This document shows positions 28,811-37,545 of a DNA stretch of 37,691 nt, piece by piece. The stretch is taken from contig JAEOTE010000054.1 in the NCBI GenBank assembly GCA_016839945.1, forward strand, positions 1 to 37,691, in the 5' to 3' direction. How positions within the stretch are numbered: the stretch's first letter is position 1; each line of letters opens with the position of its first letter. Origin of the DNA: Candidatus Heimdallarchaeota archaeon (GTDB taxonomy: Archaea; Asgardarchaeota; Heimdallarchaeia; Heimdallarchaeales; Heimdallarchaeaceae). The position numbers and the translations under genes are program-made. The notes beneath the pieces are model-generated. The model saw only the letters and a list, made by a program, of their open reading frames with translations, was not told the DNA's origin and searched no databases.

Positions 28811-29833
28811 TTATTCCCAGAGTTGAATTATTTCCAATCCATCCCCTGAAGCATCGAATATGTAAGCTAGATTATCAACAACTTGAACTGCCCTAATATA
28901 ATCCCCAGCTTCATGAAACTGACCAATCTCAACCATTTTCCCAATATTACTAATATCTATTATTTCCAACCCATCTTCATAATCTGCAACAAAAGCTATA
29001 TTATCAATAACATGAATGTAAGCTGGTTTACCTCCGTTATGAAAACGCCCAAGTAATTTTGGCTTGTGTAGATTGCTTATGTCATAGATTTCAACTCCTC
29101 TATCCATATTAGCTCCATAGAGAATGTTTCCAATAATTTGAAAGTGTCTGATTTGCCCCCAACTTCCTATTTTACCGGTCTTAACAGGATCTGCAGGATT
29201 TGATACATCAAACACATCTATACCATTTGGAGTGCTTATGAGAGCATAATTGTTGAGTATCTTAAGATATCCAAAGGAATTAGAAGTAAGATAAGATCCA
29301 ACTGATTGAGGAGAATAAGGATTGGATATATTGTAAATATATAATCCCTCATAAGCAGAAATATATGCAAGGTCATTGTATACATCAATACTCGCTGTAT
29401 CTTCAGAAACAGGAATGTTTGTAATTTTTATTATGTTGGTTAAGTTACCTATATCTAGTATCTCCATACCCTGATGGTGATCAGCAACATAGAGTAAATT
29501 GTCTATCAAACGAGTTGTATGTGCTCCTCCACCATCAAAGAAACGGTTAATTATTTTAGGATTAAGAGCATCACTAACGTTAACGAAAGAAACACCTAAT
29601 TCAGAAATTATAACTATATCATTATGAATAAGTAAACCTTCACAATAAAGTTCAGCAGGATGAACAGATGAAAGTTTTACAAGATCTAAAGTATGATTCA
29701 CTCTGTTTGATGTTTTTAATGGTTGAAAGATGATCCCCAACGTAATAGAAATAGTAAGAATAAGAAATATGGGTATTATAATTTTCCATTTCAATAATAG
29801 TTTGATTTTTTGCATGGATTTTTTCTCATTCAA
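28811..29833 (-). CDS. LVIVD-repeat beta-propeller protein with N-terminal anchor
   Basis: Repeated 'LYVAD...GMEILDI.N', 'GLYIYNISNP..P', 'GVEIYDISN', 'AFVADYEDGLEIIDISN'. Confidence 0.88.
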   Translation of the reverse strand: MNEKKSMQKIKLLLKWKIIIPIFLILTISITLGIIFQPLKTSNRVNHTLDLVKLSSVHPAELYCEGLLIHNDIVIISELGVSFVNVSDALNPKIINRFFDGGGAHTTRLIDNLLYVADHHQGMEILDIGNLTNIIKITNIPVSEDTASIDVYNDLAYISAYEGLYIYNISNPYSPQSVGSYLTSNSFGYLKILNNYALISTPNGIDVFDVSNPADPVKTGKIGSWGQIRHFQIIGNILYGANMDRGVEIYDISNLHKPKLLGRFHNGGKPAYIHVIDNIAFVADYEDGLEIIDISNIGKMVEIGQFHEAGDYIRAVQVVDNLAYIFDASGDGLEIIQLWE

Positions 29834-29929
29834 ATACTTATATAGATTATTTTACAAATATCAATTGAACTGATTCAAAACTTTTATTTGAAGAAAGACA
29901 TCAATAACAAATTAAAGAAATTAGAAAAG

Positions 29930-30070
29930 GAAAGGCTAGTATACAACAGTATGCCCATGGTAGAAAGCGAAGTTTTTCTTTTCAACCTTTCTTACTTCAT
30001 GATTGTAAATCCATTCATTTTGATTTTCTGGTTTTTCTTGTTTGATTTTTTGTGCCAATTTTTTCACCTA
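29930..30070. repeat. Imperfect direct repeat, copy 2
   Basis: Aligns without gaps to 27820-27960. Confidence 0.9.
29936..30058 (-). CDS. Unannotated 40-aa microprotein, copy 2 (MAQKIKQEKPENQNEWIYNHEVRKVEKKNFAFYHGHTVVY)
   Basis: Same RBS/TTG context as copy 1, TAG stop at the homologous position, T-rich tail. Confidence 0.75.
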   Translation of the reverse strand: MAQKIKQEKPENQNEWIYNHEVRKVEKKNFAFYHGHTVVY

Positions 30071-30080
30071 ACCGAACATA

Positions 30081-30132
30081 GTTCACCCTTTAAAAATAAC
30101 TTGCTCACACATTGTGGTCACAAGTTGTGACT
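30081..30132. promoter_or_regulatory. TCAC-N5-GTG(A) boxes upstream of microprotein copy 2
   Basis: GTTCAC 30081-86, then CTCAC-acatt-GTG-GTCAC-aagtt-GTGAC 30104-30131. Confidence 0.5.
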
Positions 30133-30259
30133 GAAAACAGAAAAAAATGATTGTTAAAAGTCAAAGTATGCTAATAAATCAGAAGTAAATGATGATGTTT
30201 ATTCAGAAAAAGAAGAAATAAATAGTTATGTTTTTTCATCATTAGAAAGGGTGTATTGA

Positions 30260-31339
30260 ATGAGTAAAGTTGGTTCTTCCTATATTATAGAGATAGAGCT
30301 GTTTAATCCTGATAGCTGTTCCAAAGAGAGTTGGGATTTATATCATGAGTATCGTACTACTCTACATAAGCAGCGTTTTCCTGATAGACCTTTGACTGTA
30401 ACCAATAAGCAAGCAGAAAAAGGTTTGAAAATGTTTAAAGAACACCCAGAAATAGAAGGATACATTTTCACTATAGAGGATACAACAAAAAACAAACAAG
30501 TTGGAGATCTAATATGCTCACTTCCACGTATAGGCTCTGAAACCTATAAAGAAAACAAACATTATATGGAATTTTATATCAACATTTTAGAAAATTATCA
30601 TCGCAAAGGTATAGGAACTTTAGCTTTAGAAAAAGTAAAGGAAGTAGCAAAACAAAACGAAAAGACATTATTAGCTACTGACACATATTACCCAAGTGGT
30701 AAAGCATTTCTTGAAACTATTGGAGCAGAATTAGATATAGGTATAGAAAATAGGTTACAACTAGAAAATATTGATTGGTCAATGGTAGAAAAATGGGTGG
30801 AAGAAGGACCAGAACGTTCCCCAAAAATAAAGTTAGTAAAGCTGGGTTCTATCCCTGAGGATTTGATAGAACAATTTAGTAAGATATATACTGAAACCTA
30901 CAATCAACAACCTTGGGATGAACTAGATGATGTGGCATTTACTTTTTCTCCAAAATATTTCAGGCATTTGAAAAAAGTTTTCGCAGAAACTGGAGTAGAA
31001 TGGTTAGTTATGGTTACAATAGAAGAGGATGAAAAAATATCCGGGTTAACAGAAATGAGATACAATCCTGGAAACAAAACCATGATAACTCAAGAATTAA
31101 CAGGCGTGAAGGAAGAATATAGGGGAAGAGGATTAGGAAAATGGTTGAAAGCAGCAATGCTTCTAGAAATAAAAGAACGTTTTCCAGATGTTAAAACTGT
31201 TCGAACAGAAAATGCTACAACTAATGTACCAATGTTATCAATAAATGATAGACTAGGATTCAAGTTTTTCAGAGAATCAATAGAAGCTCAAATAAAACTA
31301 GAACAATTAAATAAATATCTAAAGCAAAGAGCAAGATAA
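30260..31339 (+). CDS. Tandem GNAT N-acetyltransferase
   Basis: 'YHRKGIGT' and 'TGVKEEYRGRGLGKWLKA...NVPMLSINDRLGF'. Confidence 0.88.
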   Translation: MSKVGSSYIIEIELFNPDSCSKESWDLYHEYRTTLHKQRFPDRPLTVTNKQAEKGLKMFKEHPEIEGYIFTIEDTTKNKQVGDLICSLPRIGSETYKENKHYMEFYINILENYHRKGIGTLALEKVKEVAKQNEKTLLATDTYYPSGKAFLETIGAELDIGIENRLQLENIDWSMVEKWVEEGPERSPKIKLVKLGSIPEDLIEQFSKIYTETYNQQPWDELDDVAFTFSPKYFRHLKKVFAETGVEWLVMVTIEEDEKISGLTEMRYNPGNKTMITQELTGVKEEYRGRGLGKWLKAAMLLEIKERFPDVKTVRTENATTNVPMLSINDRLGFKFFRESIEAQIKLEQLNKYLKQRAR

Positions 31340-31399
31340 ATCATTTCTTATATTTGATAAAAGCTAAGGTTTAATTATATTTTCAAATTATATCTCTTT

Positions 31400-32335
31400 A
31401 TGAAAATCGGTTTACAAGTTCCTAATTTTACCTTTCAGGGAGGAAAGGAAACCTTTGCAGAAAATATCAAAGAAATAAGCATTCAAGTTGATAAAGCGGG
31501 TTTCAACAGTCTTTGGGTAATGGATCACTTTTTCCAACTTGGTGATGGGAAAGGAATACTTCTAGGTCCTGCTGAAGATGATATGTATGAAGGCTATTCT
31601 GTTTTGAACTATATGGCAGCTTTAACAAAGAATGTTAAGTTAGGCACTATGGTAACTGGAAACATCTATCGCCATCCAGGAATGCTAGTAAAAACAGTTA
31701 CTTCACTTGATATTCTTTCAAAAGGAAGAGCTTACTTTGGAATTGGAGCAGGATGGTTTGAAAGAGAATCTGTAGGTTTAGGAATTCCTTTTTATGATTG
31801 GACAATGCGTTTTGAAATGTTAGAAGAAGCTCTACAAATAACAAAACTAATGTGGTCAGAAAGAAATGGAGAAGAATACAAAGGCAAACACTATGACTTA
31901 AAAGAAACTATGTGTCACCCTCAACCAATCCAGAAATATCCACCAATTTTGATAGGTGGGATGGGACCAAAGAAGACTCTTAGATTCGTTGCAAAATATG
32001 CAGACGCATGCAATCTTTTCATTGGAAGAGGAATGAATGCCGTGGAAGAAGCAATCAAAGTCCTAAAGAAACATTGTGAAAATGAAAAGCGTCCCTATGA
32101 AGAAATAGAAAAAACATCCTTAGGAAGTGTATTCTTAGATCAACCAAATGTCCCGGAAAAAAGCCAAATAGGAGCAAAGAATCTAAAAACAGTAGAAGAT
32201 ATAATCGACAACCTAAAGTTACAAGCAGAAATGGGAATAGATCATGCTCTCTTCAATATGCGAGATCCATTAGCAAGTCAAGAACCACTAGAAATATTCA
32301 AAAATGAAATAATTCCTGCAGTGGAGGATTTTTGA
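31400..32335 (+). CDS. LLM-class (probably F420-dependent) oxidoreductase
   Basis: 'SLWVMDHFFQ', 'LGTMVTGNIYRHPG', 'GIGAGWFERE', 'ILIGGMG.KKTLR.VAKYADACN'. Confidence 0.9.
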   Translation: MKIGLQVPNFTFQGGKETFAENIKEISIQVDKAGFNSLWVMDHFFQLGDGKGILLGPAEDDMYEGYSVLNYMAALTKNVKLGTMVTGNIYRHPGMLVKTVTSLDILSKGRAYFGIGAGWFERESVGLGIPFYDWTMRFEMLEEALQITKLMWSERNGEEYKGKHYDLKETMCHPQPIQKYPPILIGGMGPKKTLRFVAKYADACNLFIGRGMNAVEEAIKVLKKHCENEKRPYEEIEKTSLGSVFLDQPNVPEKSQIGAKNLKTVEDIIDNLKLQAEMGIDHALFNMRDPLASQEPLEIFKNEIIPAVEDF

Positions 32336-32394
32336 GTTTAATCTAATAGACGATATATTTGCTTGAAATGAAATAAAAATTATTTAGATTAAAT

Positions 32395-32895
32395 TCATTT
32401 CTTAATTTTTGAAAGAATCTCCTTTTCTTTTTTTCTGAGGAAAGCAAGAGATATCATAGTTTTATGGTCACTTATGTTTGCTACAACAGACCAAGCTTTA
32501 TGAACTCCTCTAGCTTTGATTCTGTTTGGTAATCCTTCTACTATAAAATTTGAATAAATAGCTGGAATTCCTTCTTCAGGATACTCACACATATCTAAAT
32601 ATTCATCTTCTTGTAATAATCTTATTTCCGAAAGAAGATCTCCTGTTTTATCAAAATCATCTGCTGCAACAAATTCAGCATAAGGATATCCACCAATAAA
32701 AACAACAACTCTTTTTCTGTTTAATCCGTAAGCTTTTCTTTCAGTATGACCAATCTGAACTTCGTGTGTACCATCGTTATCCAAGGCTATATATTGAACC
32801 ATTGTGTATTTCTCAATATTATCAAACCACTGATATTCAAAATCCTCCTTTACTCCCAAAAAACTCGTTATTTTCATGTATATAATGAATACCAT
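32395..32895 (-). CDS. Hypothetical protein
   Basis: 166-aa ORF with globular composition, no recognised motif. Confidence 0.55.
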   Translation of the reverse strand: MVFIIYMKITSFLGVKEDFEYQWFDNIEKYTMVQYIALDNDGTHEVQIGHTERKAYGLNRKRVVVFIGGYPYAEFVAADDFDKTGDLLSEIRLLQEDEYLDMCEYPEEGIPAIYSNFIVEGLPNRIKARGVHKAWSVVANISDHKTMISLAFLRKKEKEILSKIKK

Positions 32896-32935
32896 CTACT
32901 TAAAATTCTTTTGAATAAGTGGCATAGTTATTCGT

Positions 32936-32956
32936 AAAAAGAAAAAAAAAGAAAAA
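32936..32956 (-). terminator. Oligo-T terminator
   Basis: Long A-tract on + directly after the stop of 32961-34673. Confidence 0.5.
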
Positions 32957-32960
32957 TAGT

Positions 32961-34673
32961 TTATTGATTGAGTTTTTTACGTCGAATTCTCATTGTTATA
33001 ACTAGCATAGCTATTATTGTCATCATACTAATTGGTATAGCAAATTCCCAAATATGTGCTAATTTATATTCTACAACTATACAATTTGATATTGAACTAT
33101 TATAATGTACATTATCGGCTACAACGACATAATAGTAGATTCCTGTTCCAGGGAGTGTATCTAGTTGTGTTTCTGTACTAGTTGTGTATATTGGAGTTAA
33201 ATGATCAACTGACCAGATATATGATGAATCTCTATAAACATAGTATTGTCTAACACCTTTTACATCATCCCACTCTAGATTGAGTAAGTCAGTGTTTATC
33301 AGATCGGGGAAAATAGTAGCTAAGGTGGGTTCTGTAGGTGGTCCAATAAACCTCTTAAAGAAGATATCTTGGTCGTAACCATAATACGACAAATTAGTAT
33401 AATCAGACCATGCTATATTTACACTTCCGTACTTGCCAACAGCAATAGTTGCGAATCTAGAACCAACAGAACTATCAGTGGAAATAACCTCAGTTCTACT
33501 CCAAGTATCTGTATGAGTTGAGTACATCCGATAGAAGATATCTGAATCTGTGTCAGCACCATCATAAACTGAAGCGTCTTCCCATACAATATAGATATTA
33601 TCTTCCAGATCTATTTCGATGGATGGAAACCAAGAAGAATGATCTCCAGCATCTGAAATTACCTCTGGTACTGTCCAATTTGCAGCAACACTGTCATAGA
33701 TTACATAGAAAATATCATGATCTGTTTTAGAACCGTCAAATTGTGATTCATCACTCCATACAATATGAATGTTATCAAGAGAATCAACTGCTATATCGGG
33801 ATCATATGAAAGATCAGTGCTCATATAGGATATAACATCTGCTGGTTGCCAAATTTTTGTTGATACATCTAAATACTTGTAGAAAATATCATGATCTGCT
33901 CCAGCTCCTGCATAATCTGTATCGTCGTACCAAACAACATGAACATTCCCCAAAGAATCAATAGCTAGTTGAGAAACATAACTTCCTTGATTGCTTTCTG
34001 GAGAAACAAGCTGTGTAGTTGACCAAGCTTGTTTAGTTTCGTTCCATATTTTATAGAAAATATCAAAATCTCCACCTGCTCCTAAAATATCAGAATCATC
34101 ACTCCAAGTTACATATATGTTATCAGATGAATCGATTGCAATTGAGGGACCAGTAGAGTGGTCAAGGCTTTCAGTTGAGATAGTAGTAATGCTAGACCAA
34201 GTTTGTGTAGAAGATGTCCAATTCCTATATAGAATGGTTTGAGAATTTTCTTCCCAAACGAAATGGACATTGTTTGCTGAATCAATAGCTATATCGGGAA
34301 CCATTGATTCTAAAGAGCTTTCAGAGATAACTTGAATAGCAGTCCATGTATTAGAAACTGCATTCCATCGTTTGTAAAAGATGTCTCTGTCAGTTCCAGA
34401 TCCTAAATAATTAGATGGATCAAACCAAACAACATGAAGGTTGCCGAGAGAATCAGTCACAATTTCAGGAAATTCGGAATTTTGAGTACCCACATCAGAT
34501 AGAAGTTCAGTATCAGTCCAAAACCAGTTAGAATCTCTAATTGATTGAAATTGTTCAGCATCTGAATTTACAAGGAGAGTATTTTGAGAAGCAAGAAGTA
34601 CAGTTGTTATGAGTAAAAGAAGAAAAACAAATCTTAGATCTTTAGTTACTTTTCTTTTTTTTATTTTAATCAC
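32961..34673 (-). CDS. Cell-surface beta-propeller repeat protein with FN3-like domain and C-terminal TM anchor
   Basis: Signal/anchor, about six ~60-aa repeats 'P.IAIDS..N.H.VW.D.....G.D.DIFY..W....TW', then 'LEWDDVKGVRQYYVYR...YYYVVVA', a TM helix and a basic tail. Confidence 0.8.
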   Translation of the reverse strand: MIKIKKRKVTKDLRFVFLLLLITTVLLASQNTLLVNSDAEQFQSIRDSNWFWTDTELLSDVGTQNSEFPEIVTDSLGNLHVVWFDPSNYLGSGTDRDIFYKRWNAVSNTWTAIQVISESSLESMVPDIAIDSANNVHFVWEENSQTILYRNWTSSTQTWSSITTISTESLDHSTGPSIAIDSSDNIYVTWSDDSDILGAGGDFDIFYKIWNETKQAWSTTQLVSPESNQGSYVSQLAIDSLGNVHVVWYDDTDYAGAGADHDIFYKYLDVSTKIWQPADVISYMSTDLSYDPDIAVDSLDNIHIVWSDESQFDGSKTDHDIFYVIYDSVAANWTVPEVISDAGDHSSWFPSIEIDLEDNIYIVWEDASVYDGADTDSDIFYRMYSTHTDTWSRTEVISTDSSVGSRFATIAVGKYGSVNIAWSDYTNLSYYGYDQDIFFKRFIGPPTEPTLATIFPDLINTDLLNLEWDDVKGVRQYYVYRDSSYIWSVDHLTPIYTTSTETQLDTLPGTGIYYYVVVADNVHYNSSISNCIVVEYKLAHIWEFAIPISMMTIIAMLVITMRIRRKKLNQ

Positions 34674-34768
34674 CTTTAGATTTTTTTAATCAAAGCTGTG
34701 TACTATTTGTTTTTGTAATAAAGCTTTCTCGAATAAGGATGAAAAATCTAAAGGGAAAAACTAGAAAA

Positions 34769-35704
34769 CTATTCAGATAATTTTTCGTCCATTGCTTGTA
34801 ATTGATTGAGAATTTTGATGTATAATTCCCTTATTACAGCAGGAGTTACTGATATCTGTGCTTTCTCTCTTAGATACATGGGCGGGTCAAGAAGTCGAAC
34901 TAAATTCAGAATCTCTTCTAGTAAATCATGTGGGTAATAAACTCCTATCATTTTTCCTTCTGGTTGACCTGATCCAGATTCACCAGCTGTTTGAATAATG
35001 ATTTTTGAAATTCCAAACAATCGATCAAAAGGAGTCCTTCTCGACACTAGATTAGTAATTGTACGGAAAGGAATTACAGCACGTTTTTTTGTTATAACAC
35101 CTTTATGTATTACTATCTCTGTATCTAGAATCTCATACCTAATAGATTCAATGTACAATTTTACTAAAAATAAAATTGGAAGTAATACAAGTATAACAAT
35201 TCCTGTATATATGGAAGCATAAACAATTTTTCTGAGTGCAATGAAAGAAATATTGGTTAGAATTTTAAAATCCACGAAGCCTGCTACAAACATCAAAGAG
35301 ATCCATGTAGGGAGAGCGAAGAATAAGAAAATAGCTAGGTAATTAGCTCTTTTCGCTTCTTTTCCTGGTTTGAATTCTTGAATTGTAATTCCCAATTGAA
35401 GAGTTTGAAAATAATTTACTTGCTCTTCATCTTCACTTATAGAATAAACTTGCTTAAGAATTTCTAATGCTTTTTCTCCAATGGGAGTTAACCTATACTC
35501 TCCATCTCTTTGTTTCTCTATCAAACCAGTAAGCTGCTTAAGATGAAAATTTAATTTTCCTGTAGTTAAATCTAATTCTCTTAATAAATCGGAATAATTA
35601 AGAAAAGAATAATCGTAAATAAGATTCAATATTTTTCTTCGAAGTTTATGTGATACAGCTTTCAAAACCCATTCTGATTCGAAGGTTAATTCTGGAACTA
35701 ACAT
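34769..35704 (-). CDS. ArsR-like winged HTH fused to two TM helices and a bacterial PH (bPH_2) domain
   Basis: N-terminal 'LKAVSHKLRRKIL...TGKLNFHLKQL..LI....GEYRLTPIG'. C-terminal 'YEILDTEIVIHKGVITK...IPFRTITN....PFDRLFGI..I.IQTAG'. Confidence 0.85.
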   Translation of the reverse strand: MLVPELTFESEWVLKAVSHKLRRKILNLIYDYSFLNYSDLLRELDLTTGKLNFHLKQLTGLIEKQRDGEYRLTPIGEKALEILKQVYSISEDEEQVNYFQTLQLGITIQEFKPGKEAKRANYLAIFLFFALPTWISLMFVAGFVDFKILTNISFIALRKIVYASIYTGIVILVLLPILFLVKLYIESIRYEILDTEIVIHKGVITKKRAVIPFRTITNLVSRRTPFDRLFGISKIIIQTAGESGSGQPEGKMIGVYYPHDLLEEILNLVRLLDPPMYLREKAQISVTPAVIRELYIKILNQLQAMDEKLSE

Positions 35705-35841
35705 TTTTTCTCCTCATATAATAAATTGTGTTAATCTTTTTCAATATTTAGTGAGAAAAAAAGTATTTCAATAGTTTTGACAACTTTTCTTTTCAAAATT
35801 GTTTATTAAATAGGAAAACAAAACCTCCTCAGTGAAAATCT

Positions 35842-36483
35842 ATGACAGAAAAAGAAACTAAAGCCTTCAAAGTAGGAGAGCAAAAAGTGTTGGAAACTTT
35901 CAGACCACACAAAAAGTATAGAATCATAATCTCAACTAAGATTTTTTTGATCTATCTGAGTAGTTTAATAACCCTCTATGCCAGTATAATCGCTGTCCCA
36001 ATTGAAAAAGTAATGGGATGGTTAGAGTATAGTTTAGTCGTAGTAGGAGGTAGTCTACCTATCCTTTTGATATTTCTTATATTCGTTAATCCATATTTCA
36101 AAGCTATAAGTTTTGAACTTACTACACAAGAAATAATTGTGCATAAAGGGATCATAACAAAAAGTACCAAAATTGTTCCTTATCGGAATATAACTAATTT
36201 TGTGATGAGAAGAGGGTTATTGCACAGAATGATAGGTGGGGATAATTTCGGAACAATAGTTGTCGAGACAGCTGGACAAGGTCCTCAACAAGCTCACCCT
36301 GAACAAAGAATTGTTGGGATAATGGATTTGGCTGAATACACTGAAAAGATACGAGGAATATTATCAAAAATGAAAGGACAAGCAGCAGTAACAGCTGATA
36401 CTGAAACCGCTTCCTCTCTGGATGAAGAAGAGATTTTAACACAGATGTTATCGACTCTAAAACAAATAGAAACAAAGCTATAA
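35842..36483 (+). CDS. bPH_2 (YdbS-like) membrane protein
   Basis: Two TM helices, 'FELTTQEIIVHKGIITK...VPYRNITN...G.I.VETAG'. Confidence 0.85.
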   Translation: MTEKETKAFKVGEQKVLETFRPHKKYRIIISTKIFLIYLSSLITLYASIIAVPIEKVMGWLEYSLVVVGGSLPILLIFLIFVNPYFKAISFELTTQEIIVHKGIITKSTKIVPYRNITNFVMRRGLLHRMIGGDNFGTIVVETAGQGPQQAHPEQRIVGIMDLAEYTEKIRGILSKMKGQAAVTADTETASSLDEEEILTQMLSTLKQIETKL

Positions 36484-36537
36484 GCTTTTCTCTTTCTTTT
36501 TTTATATGCAAAAGTTCTTTATATGAGACTGAAATAA

Positions 36538-36894
36538 ATGTATACTGAAATGAGTTTTCGTGGTAGACGTTCATTTAATGGTGTTTTGTTTGGATTGTTT
36601 GCAGTACTGATTACCCTGCTAGTACTTGGAATAGTTACAGGAAGAGCTATTTTCTATATCTTATTTGGAGTGACGCTTCTCTTTATAATCGTTAGTGTGA
36701 TAGGTTTATTCACTTTCTTAAAAAAGACTGCAGCAGGTAGTCCAAGTGTTCGTAAAAGTACTTACGACATCACTGGAGGTCGGGATCTTACAAGCACTGC
36801 TCCCCCAAAGGAAGAACAAAAAAGCAAGTTTTGTGATAGTTGTGGAATGAAACTAGAAGCTGGAGTAAAAACTTGTCCTAATTGTGGAAAGTAA
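36538..36894 (+). CDS. Two-TM membrane protein with C-terminal zinc ribbon
   Basis: CDSC...CPNC at the C-terminus. Confidence 0.75.
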   Translation: MYTEMSFRGRRSFNGVLFGLFAVLITLLVLGIVTGRAIFYILFGVTLLFIIVSVIGLFTFLKKTAAGSPSVRKSTYDITGGRDLTSTAPPKEEQKSKFCDSCGMKLEAGVKTCPNCGK

Positions 36895-37000
36895 TCAATC
36901 TCTTCTTATTATTTCTTCTTTTATTTTCTTCATTTTCTGCTTCAATTGTCCTTTTCATTTGGTTTGGTTTATTAATGTCCATTCCCAATTCTACTTAGAA

Positions 37001-37411
37001 ATGCACGGAAATAATCATAGACATAGAAACAAAACAGGTGGATTAGTAGCTTTCTTATTGCTCTTGTTAGGGGTGTTTATATTCTTTGGAATGTTTACAG
37101 ATGTAGTCAGTCATATATTCTGGCCATTTCCAACAGTAGGAATATTAATCTTTATCCTGATTATATATAGTATTTCAAGTTCAAGAAGAAGGAGAGTAAG
37201 ACAGAGACCAGTTCAATACCAAAAATATCAGAGACATCAACAATATCAACCCACAGAGAATCCTTATTGGAAAAATCAAGAGAAGGATTTTATTCCCTCA
37301 CAAAAAGTTGAACAAATGGTAAGAAATGAACCTGTGTTCTGCAATTTCTGTGGAGTTAAGTTGGAAGAAAAAGCCAACTTTTGCGTAAATTGTGGAAGAA
37401 GGTTGGATTAG
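37001..37411 (+). CDS. Two-TM membrane protein with C-terminal zinc ribbon
   Basis: CNFC...CVNC. The start is placed at ATG 37001 (MHGNNHRH) rather than 36884. Confidence 0.7.
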   Translation: MHGNNHRHRNKTGGLVAFLLLLLGVFIFFGMFTDVVSHIFWPFPTVGILIFILIIYSISSSRRRRVRQRPVQYQKYQRHQQYQPTENPYWKNQEKDFIPSQKVEQMVRNEPVFCNFCGVKLEEKANFCVNCGRRLD

Positions 37412-37545
37412 AAAAATCCACCGATTTATTTTTTTAGATTTGTAAATTTCTCACTTTTTAAAGTTCAAGAAAAAAATAGTGTAATCCCTGTTCCAGTTAG
37501 TCTATTTTGAGTAAAGTAATTTAAGTGCTTAAGAGTTTATAATTT

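Noticed and set aside
27820-30070. Repeats as a CRISPR array, DGR template/variable repeat pair, or transposon ends
   Set aside because: Only two long copies. Differences are not adenine-specific. No cas, reverse transcriptase, transposase or integrase gene in the window.
29888-30130. Plus-strand 80-aa hydrophobic ORF (and its 43-aa counterpart at 27841-27972), superficially like a type I toxin
   Set aside because: It is the exact antisense of the microprotein. In this frame the two copies differ by 8 non-synonymous vs 3 synonymous codons, stops are not conserved, and similarity ends at the minus-strand RBS. It is not fully excluded without strand-specific RNA data.
13878-31339. GNAT proteins as bacterial-type ceramide synthase partners of the SPT-like gene
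   Set aside because: They look like generic tandem GNATs, are not adjacent to the SPT-like gene, and show no features I recognise from bacterial ceramide synthases.
27826-32335. Complete RiPP cluster (microproteins + GNAT + LLM oxidoreductase + methyltransferase)
   Set aside because: No recognisable core maturase (radical SAM, YcaO, lanthipeptide synthetase, P450), RRE, protease or transporter. The neighbouring enzymes are on the opposite strand and belong to common families.
120-36574. Short antisense/overlapping ORFs in the track (e.g. 728-1012, 5950-6165, 6507-6731, 12815-13117, 19494-19901, 36194-36574)
   Set aside because: They lie within well-supported genes and have no motifs. The similarity between 5950-6165 and 6507-6731 only mirrors the M23 duplication.
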